DNA of 61,723 nt, counting the filler, from Chiloscyllium plagiosum (lineage: Eukaryota), in the NCBI RefSeq assembly GCF_004010195.1. It is 4 parts of one record of this genome, joined end to end, with 100 filler letters (N's around TTAATTAATTAA, not from the genome) between each part and the next. Parts side by side here need not be neighbours in the genome. Positions count along the whole stretch, not along the records: positions 20,244 to 51,373 come from NC_057714.1; positions 51,474 to 57,021 come from NC_057714.1; positions 57,122 to 61,723 come from NC_057714.1; 1 more part is not named here. The stretch is one strand, 5' to 3'. The position numbers and the translations under genes are program-made. Below are positions 49,993 through 61,723 of the stretch, one piece after another (within the stretch, counting starts at the first letter, position 1; each line of letters begins with the position of its first letter). Under the pieces are notes generated by a model. The model was not told the DNA's origin and did not search any database. It worked only from the letters and a program-made list of their open reading frames with translations.

Positions 49993-50269
49993 TCTGTTTT
50001 GTTTTCTGCATCAACATAATGTGAATGATATTTTGAGGAAGTTTCTACCCACAGATATTTTATAAATCTTGCAGCCATCTTGGAGAAGGAATATCTTTAC
50101 TCACTTCTAAGATGTTTTAATATTTGACCAATTGTTACATTGTTAAACAGTATTTAGAGCAGCAGAGATTTTGACCCCTTCAGTTTTACTACTGTAACAA
50201 CGGTCTTTACTACGACAAAACTTCAACAACAATTCAAAGAACTACGAGCGCAACAAAGCAACAAGCCGA

Positions 50270-50500
50270 GTCTCGTACAAGAAGATCAAAATTTTAACAA
50301 TAACTATTCAAATCAAGAAAATAAGTCTGTGGATAACTTAATTAAGAACCTGTGTAGTATATGAACAATGCAGCTGTGGGAAACTTGAAACAAGAGATCA
50401 TTTGTGAAAGAATCATTGTTGGTATTTTAGATAAATCAGTCACTGCATTTTTTCAATTAAAAGAGGACCTACCTCTGCAATGAGCAGTTTAAATAATTGT
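50270..50500 (+). pseudogene. Second Gypsy gag relic
   Basis: KQEIICERIIVGILDKSVTAFFQLKEDLPLQ resembles the Mag-type gag motif ELIRDRIVVGI...LQ...DLTL. Confidence 0.55.
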
Positions 50501-50507
50501 GGATACA

Positions 50508-50865
50508 GTGTCATAGAGCCATAGACTCATAAAGATCTACAGCAGTGAAAAAACCCTCCAGCCCATCAGGTCTGTTCCAGTCAAAAAGAACCATCTAACT
50601 ATTCTAAACCCATTTCCCACTTGGCCCATTGCCTTGACAACATCTAAAAGCTTAAACATTATGAGGGTTTCTGTCTCTACTACCCTTACAAGCAATGAAT
50701 TGCAGATTTTCAACATGCTCTGGGTGAAAGATTTTCTCCTTGCATCTCCTCTATGCATTTGCTCTTTATCTTTTCTCTATGTCCTCTATTCATTGATGCT
50801 CGATCAAGGGGGAAAAAGGTTTTTCCTATCTATATCCCTCAAAATTTGGTACATCTCTATCATGT
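50508..50865 (-). mobile_element. Old CR1 3' end
   Basis: RRKSFTQSMLKICNSL; microsatellite-like tail. Confidence 0.75.
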
Positions 50866-51373
50866 CTGGAACAGCGCAGCAGGTCAGGCAGCATCCAGGG
50901 AACAGGAGAATCAACGTTTCGGGCAGAAGCCCTTCTTCAGGAATGAGGAAAGTGTGTCCAGCAGGCTAAGATAAAAGGTAGGGAGGAGGGACTTGGGGGA
51001 GGGGCGTTGGAAATGCGATAGGTGGAAAGAGGTCAAGGTGAGGGTGATAGGTCAGACTGGGGTGGGGGCGGAGAGGTCAGGAAGAAGATTGCAGGTTAGG
51101 AAGGCGGTGCTGAATTCGATGGATTTGACTGAGACAAGGTGGGGGGAGGGGAAATGAGGAAACTGGAGAAATCTGAGTTCATCCCTTGTGGTTGGAGGGT
51201 TCCTAGGCGGAAGATGAGGCGCTCTTCCTCCAACCGTCATGTTGTTGTAGTCTGGCGATGGAGGAGTCCAAAGACCTGCATATCCTTGGTGCAGTGGGAG
51301 GGGGAGTTGAAGTGTTGAGCCACAGGGTGGTTGGGTTGGTTAGTCCGGGTGTCCCAGAGGTGTTCTCTAAAAC
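50866..51373 (-). mobile_element. Young PLE family A endonuclease and pLTR running into a gap
   Basis: Reverse complement closely matches 43040-43545. Confidence 0.9.
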
Positions 51374-51473
51374 NNNNNNNNNNNNNNNNNNNNNNNNNNN
51401 NNNNNNNNNNNNNNNNNTTAATTAATTAANNNNNNNNNNNNNNNNNNNNNNNNNNNNNNNNNNNNNNNNNNNN

Positions 51474-52430
51474 CATGCATGCACACACACGCATGCACAC
51501 ACGCATGCACACACGCGCGGGTGCACACAGACACACATCCACACACACATACCGACACCCACACACATACCCCCATACACACATGCACACACACAAACAC
51601 TAGAGTGCACAAACATACGCCCATACACGCACTCACAAACACACACACACATGCACACACTCACACACACACATTCACGCACACGCACACGTATCCGTGC
51701 ACACGCACACACGCACGCACACACACTCACACACATACACACACACAGTGACACATGTGTAAGCACACATACACAGACATATGCACATACACAGACACAC
51801 ATACGCAAACACGCGCACGCACACACGCGAGCGCTCACACAATCATACACACATGCGCACACACACGAGCACGCACAAAGACACACACAGACTCACACAC
51901 ACGCACACATCCGCACGTATGCACACATCCGTGCACACATGCGCACACTCACACATATACTCACACGCACGTATGCACACATACACATACATGCATATTA
52001 ACAGACACACATACGTGTGCACACAAACATATACACATGTGCGTACACACACATATACATGCGCATGCACACGCAAACACACGCGCGTGCACACACACAT
52101 ACCGACACCCACGCACGCACACACCCATACACATATGCACACACACACGAGCGCGCACAAAGACACGCCCACACTCACACGCACAGACAAGCACACATAT
52201 CCGTGCACACACAAACGCTCACACTCTCACACACATATACACGCACACATACACACTCATGCACATTTGCGCACACACACATGTACAGACACCTACGCAC
52301 CCATATGCACATACACACACACATACGCACGCGTGCACTCACACGCATAAGTACGCACACATACACACTCGTACGCACACACATTCACACATACATATAT
52401 GCGCGCGCGTGCACACACACACACACCCGT
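51474..52430. repeat. About 950-bp degenerate (CA)n/(CACG)n microsatellite with longer internal repeats
   Basis: Direct inspection; accgacaccca and acacgagcrcgcacaaagacac each recur. Confidence 0.95.
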
Positions 52431-52754
52431 GCAAAACAGGGAATGTCAGCTGTGGTCCAGGCTGATGTTGGAGAATTTTGTTTTCCCTCTCTGTTCTTGA
52501 GTTGAGATAAATGTGGTGGGGAGATGGTATTTAAGCACAGCAGAGTTATAAGGTTGTCATTCAAATCTCTTAGTTGCCATTGGTTAATAGTAACTCATAT
52601 GTAATACTGTTAATAGTTATTTTCTTGTCAAACAGACAAAACTAGGGATGAATTGTATATTTTTGGGGCTAACTGTCAGCATTTGTATTTTGCCACATTT
52701 TACTAAATGTTTCTCATTTCCTCCAATTCTAGTCCCATCTTCCCACATCTCATT

Positions 52755-53412
52755 CATAGAAACATAGAAAAAATACAGCACAGTACAGGCCCTTTGGCCC
52801 TCGATGTTGCGCCGATCCAAGCCCACCTAACCTACACTAGCCAACTATCCTCCATATGCCTATCCAATGCCCGTTTAAATACCCATAAAGAGGGAGAGTC
52901 CACCACTGCTACTGGCAGGGCATTCCATGAACTCACGACTCGCTGAGTAAAGAATCTACCCCTAACATCTGTCCTATACCTACCACCCCTTAATTTAAAG
53001 CTATGCCCCCTCGTAATAGCTGACTCCATACGTGGAAAAAGGTTCTCACGGTCAACCCTATCTAAACCCCTAATCATCTTGCACACCTCTATCAAGTCAC
53101 CCCTAAACCTTCTATTCTCCAATGAAAACAGCCCCAAGTGCCCCAGCCTTTCCTCATACGATCTTCCTACCATACCAGGCAACATCCTGGTAAACCTCCT
53201 CTGCACCCGTTCCAGTGCCTCCACATCCTTCCTATAGTATGGCGACCAAAACTGCACACAATATTCCAGATGCGGCCGCACCAGAGTCTTATACAACTGC
53301 AACATGACCTCAGGACTCCGGAACTCAATTCCTCTACCAATAAAAGCCAGTACGCCATATGCCTTCTTCACCGCACTATTTACCTGGGTGGCAACTTTCA
53401 AAGATCTGTGTA
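52755..53412 (-). mobile_element. Young CR1 3' end with an open 189-aa ORF2 C-terminus
   Basis: LYKTLVRPHLEYCVQFWSP...FFTQRVVSSWNALP; tail ttctatgtttctatg. Confidence 0.93.
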
Positions 53413-53414
53413 CA

Positions 53415-53721
53415 TTAGATTACTTTCAGTGTGGAAACAGGCCCTTCGGCCCAACAAGTCCACACCGCCCTGCCGAAGCGCAACCCACCCATGCCCCTAC
53501 ATTTACCCCTTACCTAACACTATGGGCAATTTAGCATGGCCAATTCACCTGACCTGCACATCTTTGGACTATGGGAGGAAACCGGAGCACCCGAAGGAAA
53601 CCCACGCAGACACGGGGAGAACGTGCAAACTCCACACAGTCAGTCACCTGAGGCGGGAATTGAACCCTGGTCTCTGGCGCTGCGAGGCAGCAGTGCTAAC
53701 CACTGTGCCACCGTGCCGCCC
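53415..53721 (-). mobile_element. HE1-type SINE
   Basis: Reverse complement of 17562-17886. Confidence 0.92.
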
Positions 53722-53727
53722 ACTAAT

Positions 53728-53942
53728 AGGAGAAAGTGAGGATGGCAGATGCTGGAGATCAGAATCAAAATATGTGCTGCTGGAAAAGCATGGCCAGTCA
53801 GGCAGTATCTGAGGAATTGACGTTTCAAGCAGAAGCCCTTCATTAGGAATGCTGATAAAGAGCTTATGCTTGAAACGTCGACTCTCCTGCTCCTTGGATG
53901 CTGCCTGACTGGATGTGCTTTTTAAGCGCCACACTTTCTGAC
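53728..53942. mobile_element. Tails-out inverted pair of PLE family A pLTR ends
   Basis: ...cccttcattaggaat|gctgataaagagcttatgcttgaaacgtcga...; the junction is at the 5' edge of both hammerhead motifs. Confidence 0.8.
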
Positions 53943-54079
53943 CCTTATCTTCTCATTGTCCACCAAGGCAACATGATATTTAGGCAAATTGTCAGACAAT
54001 TCTAAAGAGGAACTTGAACCAAAACAAAACTAAAATATTATAGTTCACCTTTGCAGTGCAAAAAAAATTCCTGACATCA

Positions 54080-54390
54080 TTTTTTAAATTTCAAATATAT
54101 AATTTATTCATAAAATATCTTTACATACATACTTAGTCACTGGAGCAGTCTTTATTACAGGGAACAACCAACCCCAAGATATTTCTTACTTATATAAAAG
54201 TATATTTACATACATTGGAGGCACAGGGAGGATCCGATAACTGAATGGACTCCCCCACTTAACTTTGACAGAAAGGCCTTAGACAGAGGTCTTTCCACAC
54301 TGCACCTTGGTGACAGCTCTCCTTAGCTTTAGTGCATTTTTCTGCATGTAGCCCAGCACCTTGGAATGTGCCAGTCTGCAACAGTCCATC
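54080..54390 (-). mobile_element. Tx1/L1-like non-LTR retrotransposon 3' end
   Basis: Minus strand NALKLRRAVTKVQCGKTSV*, then a short UTR, AATAAA and an A-rich end. Confidence 0.55.
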
Positions 54391-54429
54391 AAAGTCAACT
54401 GCTGGCATCATCACTAATGGCTATTCCAT

Positions 54430-55112
54430 AGTGCATGACTCTCATGGAATACAAGGGGAGCTGGACATTTGGATACAGAACTGGCTTGAAGGTAAAAGAC
54501 AGACGGTGGTGGTGGAGGGTTGTTTTTCAGACTGGAGGCCTGTTACCAGTAGTGTGCCACAAGGATGGGTGCTTTTTGTCATTTATATAAATGATTTGGA
54601 TGTGAACATAGGAGGTATGGTTAGTAAATCTGCAGATGACACCAAAATTGGAGGTATATTGGAGAAGGTTACCTCAGAGTAGAACAGGATTTTGATCAGT
54701 TGGGCCAATGGGTTGTGGAGTGGCGGATGGAGTTTAATTCAGATAAATGCGAGGTGCTGCATTTTGGGAAAGCAAGTCAGAGCAGGACTTATACACTTAA
54801 TGGTAAGGTCCTAGGGTGTGTTGCAGAACAAAGAGACCTTGGAGTGCAGGTTCACAGCTTCTTGAAAATTGAGTCACAGGTAGATAGGATAGTGAAGAAG
54901 GCTTTTGGTATGCTTTCCTTTATTGGTCAGAGTATTGAGTGCAGGAGTTGGGAGGTCATGTTGCGGCTGTACAGGACATTGGTTAGGCCACTTTTGGAAT
55001 ATTGTGTGCAATTCTGGTCTCCCTCCTATTGGAAGGATGTTATGAAACTTGAAAGGGCTCAGAAAAAAGTTACAAGGATGTTGCCAGGTTTGGAAAAGTT
55101 GAGCTATAAGGA
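54430..55112 (+). mobile_element. CR1 RT fragment
   Basis: WIQNWLEGKRQ, VPQG, ADDTKIGG, LEYCVQFWSP. Confidence 0.92.
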
Positions 55113-57021
55113 ACTATAATGCAGATTATATCTGCCATAAATGCTGTTGGATGCAAATCTTATCAGATCGAATGGATCATTTGGAGGGACAGATAGAAGC
55201 ATTGAGGAATTTGCAACAGCAACAGTATGTGATGGATGGCAGTTCTAGGAAGGGGGAAAAGTCTCAGATACAGTCACATAGATGGATTAACTCCAGGAAG
55301 GGTGAGAGAGNNNNNNNNNNNNNNNNNNNNNNNNNNNNNNNNNNNNNNNNNNNNNNNNNNNNNNNNNNNNNNNNNNNNNNNNNNNNNNNNNNNNNNNNNN
55401 NNNNNNNNNNNNNNNNNNNNNNNNNNNNNNNNNNNNNNNNNNNNNNNNNNNNNNNNNNNNNNNNNNNNNNNNNNNNNNNNNNNNNNNNNNNNNNNNNNNN
55501 NNNNNNNNNNNNNNNNNNNNNNNNNNNNNNNNNNNNNNNNNNNNNNNNNNNNNNNNNNNNNNNNNNNNNNNNNNNNNNNNNNNNNNNNNNNNNNNNNNNN
55601 NNNNNNNNNNNNNNNNNNNNNNNNNNNNNNNNNNNNNNNNNNNNNNNNNNNNNNNNNNNNNNNNNNNNNNNNNNNNNNNNNNNNNNNNNNNNNNNNNNNN
55701 NNNNNNNNNNNNNNNNNNNNNNNNNNNNNNNNNNNNNNNNNNNNNNNNNNNNNNNNNNNNNNNNNNNNNNNNNNNNNNNNNNNNNNNNNNNNNNNNNNNN
55801 NNNNNNNNNNNNNNNNNNNNNNNNNNNNNNNNNNNNNNNNNNNNNNNNNNNNNNNNNNNNNNNNNNNNNNNNNNNNNNNNNNNNNNNNNNNNNNNNNNNN
55901 NNNNNNNNNNNNNNNNNNNCATTTTTGATAAGGGATAGCATTACAGCTGTGCTGAGGGAGGATATTCCCGGAAATACATCCAGGGAAGTGATTTGGGTGG
56001 AACAGATAAAATAAGAAAGGGATGATCACTTTATTGGGATTGTATTATAGACCTCTCAATAGTCAGAGGGAAATTGAGAAACAAACTTGTAAGGAGATCC
56101 CAGCTATCTGTAAGACTAGTAGGGGATTTTAACTTTCCAAACGTCGACTGGGACTGCCATAGTGTTAAACATTTAGATGGAGAGGAATTTCTTAAATGTG
56201 TACAAGACAATTTTCTGATTCAGAATGTGGGTGTACCTACTAGAGAAGGTGCAAAACTTGACCTACTCTTGGGAAATAAGGCAGGGCAGGTGACGGAGGT
56301 GTCAGTGGGGGAGCACTTTGGGGCCAGCGACCATAATTCTTTTTGTTTTAAAATAGTGATGGAAAAGGATAGACCTGATCTAAAAGTTGAAGTTCTAAAT
56401 TGGAGGAAGGACAATTTTGTTGGTATTAGGCAAGAACTATCGAAAGCTGATTGGAGGCAGATGTTCGCAGGTAAAGGGACGGCTGGAAAATGGGAAGCCT
56501 TCAGAAATGAGATATCAAGAATCCAGACAAAGTATATCCCTATCAGGGTGAAAGGGAAGGCTGGTGGGTATAGGGAATGCTGGATTGAGGGTTTGGTTAA
56601 GAAAAAGAAGGAAGCATATGTCAGGAACAGACAGGATAGATCGAGTGAATCCTTAGAAGACTATAAAGAAAGTAGGAGTATACTTAAGAGGGAAATCAGG
56701 AGGGCAAAACGTGGACATGAGACAGCTTTGGCAAATAGAATTAAGGGGAATCCAAAGGGATTTTACAAATATATTAAGGACAAAAGGGTAACGAGGGAGA
56801 GAATAGGGCCCCTCAAAGATCAGCAAGGCACCCTTTGTGTAGAGCCACACAAAAAGGGGGAGATACTAAATGAATATTTTGCATCAGTATTTACTGTGGA
56901 AAGGGATATGGAAGATATAGACTGTAGGGAAATAAATGGTGACATCTTGCAAAATGTCCAGATTACAGAGGAGGAAGTGCTGGATGTGTTGAAATGGTTA
57001 AAAGTGGATAAATCCCCAGGA
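55113..57021 (+). mobile_element. CR1 5' region: ORF1 zinc-finger/coiled-coil piece, gap, ORF2 APE and linker
   Basis: DYICHKC...LSDRMDHLEGQIEAL; VGDFNFP, LDLLLGN, SDHN, DKSPG. Confidence 0.88.
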
Positions 57022-57121
57022 NNNNNNNNNNNNNNNNNNNNNNNNNNNNNNNNNNNNNNNNNNNNTTAATTAATTAANNNNNNNNNNNNNNNNNNNNNNN
57101 NNNNNNNNNNNNNNNNNNNNN

Positions 57122-57628
57122 ATTGCTGGAACAGCACAGCAGGTCAGGCAGCATCTAGGGAACAGAAGATTCGATGTTTCGGGCACATGCCCTTCTTCAG
57201 GAATGAGCAGAGAGTGTTCAGCAGGAGAAGATAAAAGGTAGGGAGGAGGGACTTGGAGGAGGGGAGTTGGGAATGTGATAGGTGGAAAGAGGTCAAGGTG
57301 AGGGTGATAGGTCGGAGTAGGGTGGAGGCGGAGAGGTCAAGAAGAAGACTGCAGGTCAGGAAGGCGGTGCCGGGCTTCCTGACCTGCAGTCTTCTTCTTG
57401 TCCTCTCCGCCTCCATCCTACTCCGACCTATCACCCTCACCTTGACCTCTTTCCACCTATCACATTTCCAACGCCCCTCCTCCAAGTCCCTCCTCCCTAC
57501 CTTTTATCTTCTCCTGCTGAACGCTCTCTGCTCATTCCTGAAGTAGGGCCTGTGCCCGAAACGTCGAATCTCCTGTTTCCTGGATGCTGCCTGACCTGCT
57601 GTGCTGTTCCAGCAATAAAGTTTCAACT
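57122..57628. mobile_element. Tails-out inverted PLE family A pLTR pair (arms about 240 bp, spacer about 12 nt)
   Basis: 57122-57363 is the reverse complement of 57376-57615; left end lies in a gap. Confidence 0.88.
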
Positions 57629-57629
57629 G

Positions 57630-58495
57630 TGACATCAGTCCCCTTAATTTCTCTGCTCTCCTCACCCATTCTAACTTATCTCCCTCTGAGCTACCTGCAC
57701 TCTGTGCTCTCAGATCTAACCGTGATCCAAACCTGCTGACAAGGGTTGTGCTGTTGCTGTACTGACCTCTATTTTGTGGAGGCTGTGCACCAGCTCTTGT
57801 CTGTGACCTCCTCACCCCTGCTGGACCATGACTCCACAATCTAATGTTATTGTGTCCATAACTGTCACTAACCTCACCTCGTCTGGGTATCTCCCCCTGC
57901 CCCATAGCTTCTCGCCTCACAATCCTTAAAACCAAGACAGGCTGCTTTTACCTCCTTACTAGAATCCAAAAGCAAGACTGCTCAAGCCGACCCATTGTTT
58001 CAACCTGCTTCTGTCCCACGGAATTTATATCTTCCTACCTTGACTTGATTTCTTCTCTCCTTATACAGTCCCTTTCAATTGCGATTCTTCTGACAGTTCA
58101 CATTGGTTCAAGATTTCCAACACCATGGATGTGCAAGCCCTTTACACATCCGTCTCCTATCAGGTGGCCTGAGGGCTCTCTACTTTTTCCTGGGAAAATG
58201 TCCTGATCCATCCCTATCCACCATCACCCTCCTCCTCCTGGTCAAGCTCATCCTCACTTTGAACAACTTTTTCCTTAACTCATCTCACTCCCTAGCCATG
58301 GGTACCCACATGGGCCCCAGGTATGCCTGTTTCTTGGTGGATTACTTGGAACATTCCTTGTTCAATCTTACTCAGGCCCCTCCCCACAACTGTTCTGATG
58401 AGGAGGAGCTGAATTCAAAGCACTAACCCTGTTTCTTATCTCTACAGATGCTGCCTGACCTGCTGAGTTTCACCAGTATTTTCTGTTTGCTTTTT
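57630..58495 (+). mobile_element. Old PLE RT relic followed by a family C/D pLTR
   Basis: FYLLTRIQK...RPIVSTC, TMDVQALYTS, LTLNNF, AMGTHMGPRYAC; ctgatgagg near 58395. Confidence 0.8.
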
Positions 58496-59159
58496 AAGTT
58501 TCCATTGCATTCAATAGTTTCCACCGTCACACTTAGAACACTCATGATGCAGCAATATTCCCTTCCGCTCACTAGTGATGGGAGGCTTTTAGCTAACATT
58601 TGCCTCCTTTTAAGTCATTGCTAATAACTTGTCTGTCATTGAGATGCCAACGTTAGATTTGTAAGCACAAATCATTTGACCAACATTGGAACCTTAAGCA
58701 TGTTCACTCCACATGCAATGCAATTGGGCAAAGGAATTATTACAATAGAAATGTAGCTGGGTTTTATATTTCTGTATTTACTCCTTAGTATCTCAGCATC
58801 CAGAAAACATGGATCCCATGTTTTTGTCCAACTAAACTGGCATTGACTGTGTCCACCCTGGGCAGGATCTCAGTCATTTTACAGTTGAATTTTGATTCTA
58901 ATTAACAACAGGTCAGGCAGTGGTACAACTCATGGTGGGCACCATCAGTACTGAGCACCGCCTGGTCACTAGTTACCAGCCCACACACCCCACTTCATGT
59001 CTCCCTGTCTTTTTTAACTTGCACAATCCAGCCAGCCCTTTTCCACCTCTCCCCCTCACATGGAGACCCAGGGCATTCAGCTTTTCTTCCAACTGCCATC
59101 CTTGTCCTTGAGCCCCAACCTTATTCCTTCACAAGCAATAATCCCCTTTTATATGGTAA

Positions 59160-59790
59160 AGGGGTGCTGGAGAGCTGAAGCATGCTGGAGAAACTCAGTG
59201 GGTCTGGCAGCATCTGGAGAGAGAAAGACAGTTATAGTTTTGAGTTTGGTGACTCTTCATCAGAAATTATAGCAGCTCGGAAAAAGTAGTATTTTCGCTG
59301 AAGACAGGGTTGGCATGGGAGGGTGGGGATTGGAGCCCAGAGAGAGAGAGAGAGTAGAGAGAGAGATGGCGAGGTGGGGGTGGGGCAGGGGATGGTGGGA
59401 GGGGGAGAGAGAGAAAAGAGAGAGAGAGCGAGATGACTGTGATAGGTAGACAAGGGGATTATTGAGAGTAACCCCAGGACAGAAAAGAAGCTGAAAATGT
59501 GACAATGAGGGATAAGAATTGCAGAGAATGATAGACTGTGCTGAAAGCAAATGGATGTTGGAGTGGGTTAAGAACCTGGAAAGATTAGGCTCTAATGTTA
59601 TTGAACTTAACGCTGAGTCCTGGTGGCTGCAGGATCACAAAATGAAAGATGAAATGCTGTTTTTTGAGCTTCTGCTGTGGTTTATTAGAATACTGCAGCA
59701 GGCCTGAGGCAGAAATGGTGGCCAGAGAACATAGTGGTGTATGGAAATGGCAGGTAATTGGAAGCTCAGGGTCCTAATTAACTGATGTAT
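59160..59790 (-). mobile_element. Old PLE (family C/D) endonuclease 3' end and pLTR
   Basis: Reverse complement ttCTGATGAAGAGTcaccaaACTCaAAAC; decayed endonuclease C-terminus. Confidence 0.65.
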
Positions 59791-60042
59791 TGTATCTAGA
59801 CTGCTGCTTCTTAACAAACTTAATGAACTATCAGAAAACTATCACAAGTCATTGACTGCGTACATCAGGTTACTGTGGTCACAAGCCTTCTCACAAAATC
59901 AACGGTGGTGTTAGGAGTAAGATATATCCAAAGGTGAGATTTAATAGACTTTATGTTTGAGAAGCTGGGTAACAGCAGTCTTAGATTTCAGTTAACAAGC
60001 TGTTGAGTAAATCTTGATGTAAAACAGGAAGGCAGGCCTGAT

Positions 60043-60143
60043 ACAAAAACAGAAATTGCAGACAAAACTCAGCAGGCCTGGCAGCATCTGTGCAGAAAAA
60101 GCAGAGTTCAAGTTTCGGGTCCAGCAACCCTTCATCAGAACTG
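60043..60143 (-). mobile_element. PLE family C pLTR with hammerhead motif
   Basis: Reverse complement agtt-CTGATGA-a-GGGTTgctgGACCC-GAAAC-ttg-aact. Confidence 0.75.
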
Positions 60144-60362
60144 AGGTAATTCAGAAAAAATGGAGGATTGAGGATTTTGATTTTTTTTTCTCTGTAGGGT
60201 TCTTAAATCATCAGTGTTTCCCAGCTGCTGACTGTGTTACATGAGCAGGCAACCTACAGTAAGTCTAATGATTATACAGTGCTGTTCACCATATCTTGTT
60301 TAAGCGCTCAAATCAAATTCATTTTGCTGCTCACCATGGTCTGTGGACATGACAACTTACTT

Positions 60363-60550
60363 CGTAGAGAGTGTGTTGCTGGAAAAGCACAGCAGGTCAG
60401 GCAACATCCAAGGAGCAAGAAAATCGACGTTTCGAACCAGAGCCTTTTATCAGGAATGGTTGGGCTCCTCAGATGCTGCCTGACTTGCTGTACTTTTCCA
60501 GCAACACACTCTCAACTCCAGCATCTGCAGACTTCACTGTCTCTTAGTTG
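60363..60550. mobile_element. Tails-out inverted PLE family A mini-insertion with 14-bp TSD
   Basis: TSD atgacaacttactt at 60349-60362 and 60551-60564; short left arm, tailed right arm. Confidence 0.85.
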
Positions 60551-61723
60551 ATGACAACTTACTTTGCTTTGTGAGCTGCTACTTATCATGAACGTTGCTT
60601 CTTGCATCCTCTTTAACTGCAGAAGATTACCAGGTTTGGTTGGTCTAGTGTGGTAGAAGAAATCCACTTTCTAGTTTAACTAGAAAAGTCTCTTTTGGTT
60701 ATCACCTAGCACCTGGTTTCATTTATAAGATTGACGTTGTCACAGAAACATTGAGGAGGACCAGATATAAGGTCTCACTCCTTCAGTTCAATCTTTCTGC
60801 CCACAAGACCATATGGTATCATCTGAGTGGGTGGTGTTTATGACACATGTCAGTACTTATCCTTTCATAGACTTTCAGATCCATATTTAAATCTCCACCA
60901 ATGGTACCCCAGTCTGAAAGTACTGGTATTGTATATGTACAATTGTTGGACCACTATTAAATGGTTGGTATGTAGGGCATGTCTCAGTTTCACTGGTTTT
61001 TAAGGTTCTGGGTCCCCAAGTCAGAAAATGACCCCAATTGCAATACCTTTTCTTCCAGACATTTTGCTTGCCACTTGTGCACCAGGTGCTCTGCACTCAA
61101 AATAAATATGATAATGTATTCCCATTAAAATACTATCTCTGTTCAAACAGCAGACAGAGGAATTTAGCAACATGCCAACATATGTATTATTATGAACAAA
61201 GGACTATGAATCCTGGAAATTAAACAACAACACAAAATGCTGAAAATACACAGCAGGTCTGGCATCATCTGTTAATGGCCTGGATTATCCAAGGTCACTT
61301 TCGGACTGCCACTCCACTCCTGTATTTTTACAATGGGGACTGAGCTCCACATTTCTCACTGGCAGTTTTGAGATTTTGAAATTCGGAGTGTGTCTGAGGT
61401 CCAAGTATTCCCTCGCATTGCAGGATGGTCAGGGCACACAAACCACACTTCCTGTTATATCACAGCGGTAGATGTCGCCTTTCTGTGAAGTTGAAATGTC
61501 ACAGAAGTGTGCATATATGACAGCATAATATCACACTGCTTCCATTTCATTCTTCAGTGTGAACATCCACCTCAATAACCACCCCATATCCTGACAGTGA
61601 TCCCCCACACCTGCCAACCCCCAACTCCATTACTGTGGGATTTTCCTTCTCTGAATCCTGACCCCCTCACAGTGATCCCCCTTCACTCACCCTCACCCAC
61701 TCACAGTGGGATCCCCCTTCACT

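Noticed and set aside
51418..52505. His/Thr-rich and Cys/Val-rich ORFs
   Set aside because: Translations of a (CA)n microsatellite.
61590..61723. Short imperfect repeats (cacagtgatccccc)
   Set aside because: Low-complexity and cut by the window end; cannot be interpreted.

Overview
Eukaryotic, repeat-dense genomic DNA, very probably from a shark or ray given the HE1-type SINEs with (AATCT)n tails and HER1/CR1 LINEs. It contains five N-gap regions. No complete host gene is visible; there is one good candidate 102-nt coding exon on the minus strand (34645-34746). Most ORF-track entries are transposon fragments or noise. The window holds: (1) more than 25 copies of Penelope-like retroelements (PLEs) from at least 3 families, whose terminal repeats (pLTRs) carry minimal type-I hammerhead ribozyme (HHR) motifs with covarying stems; (2) a decayed class-I (gamma/epsilon-like) endogenous retrovirus with RNase H, integrase, env and 3' LTR; (3) a fragmented Mag-like Gypsy element, a second gag relic and two TSD-flanked solo LTRs; (4) many CR1 LINEs, two SINE families, a Tigger-like MITE and a Tx1/L1 3' end. 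The most notable pattern is eight 'tails-out' inverted PLE insertions of 69 bp to 2.3 kb. Most are flanked by one 9-16 bp target-site duplication, and wherever both ends are visible one arm carries a ~30-40 nt 3' tail that the other lacks. In addition, the 5' ends of short PLE insertions cluster inside the hammerhead core. All family assignments come from motif recognition, not database searches, and most boundaries are approximate.
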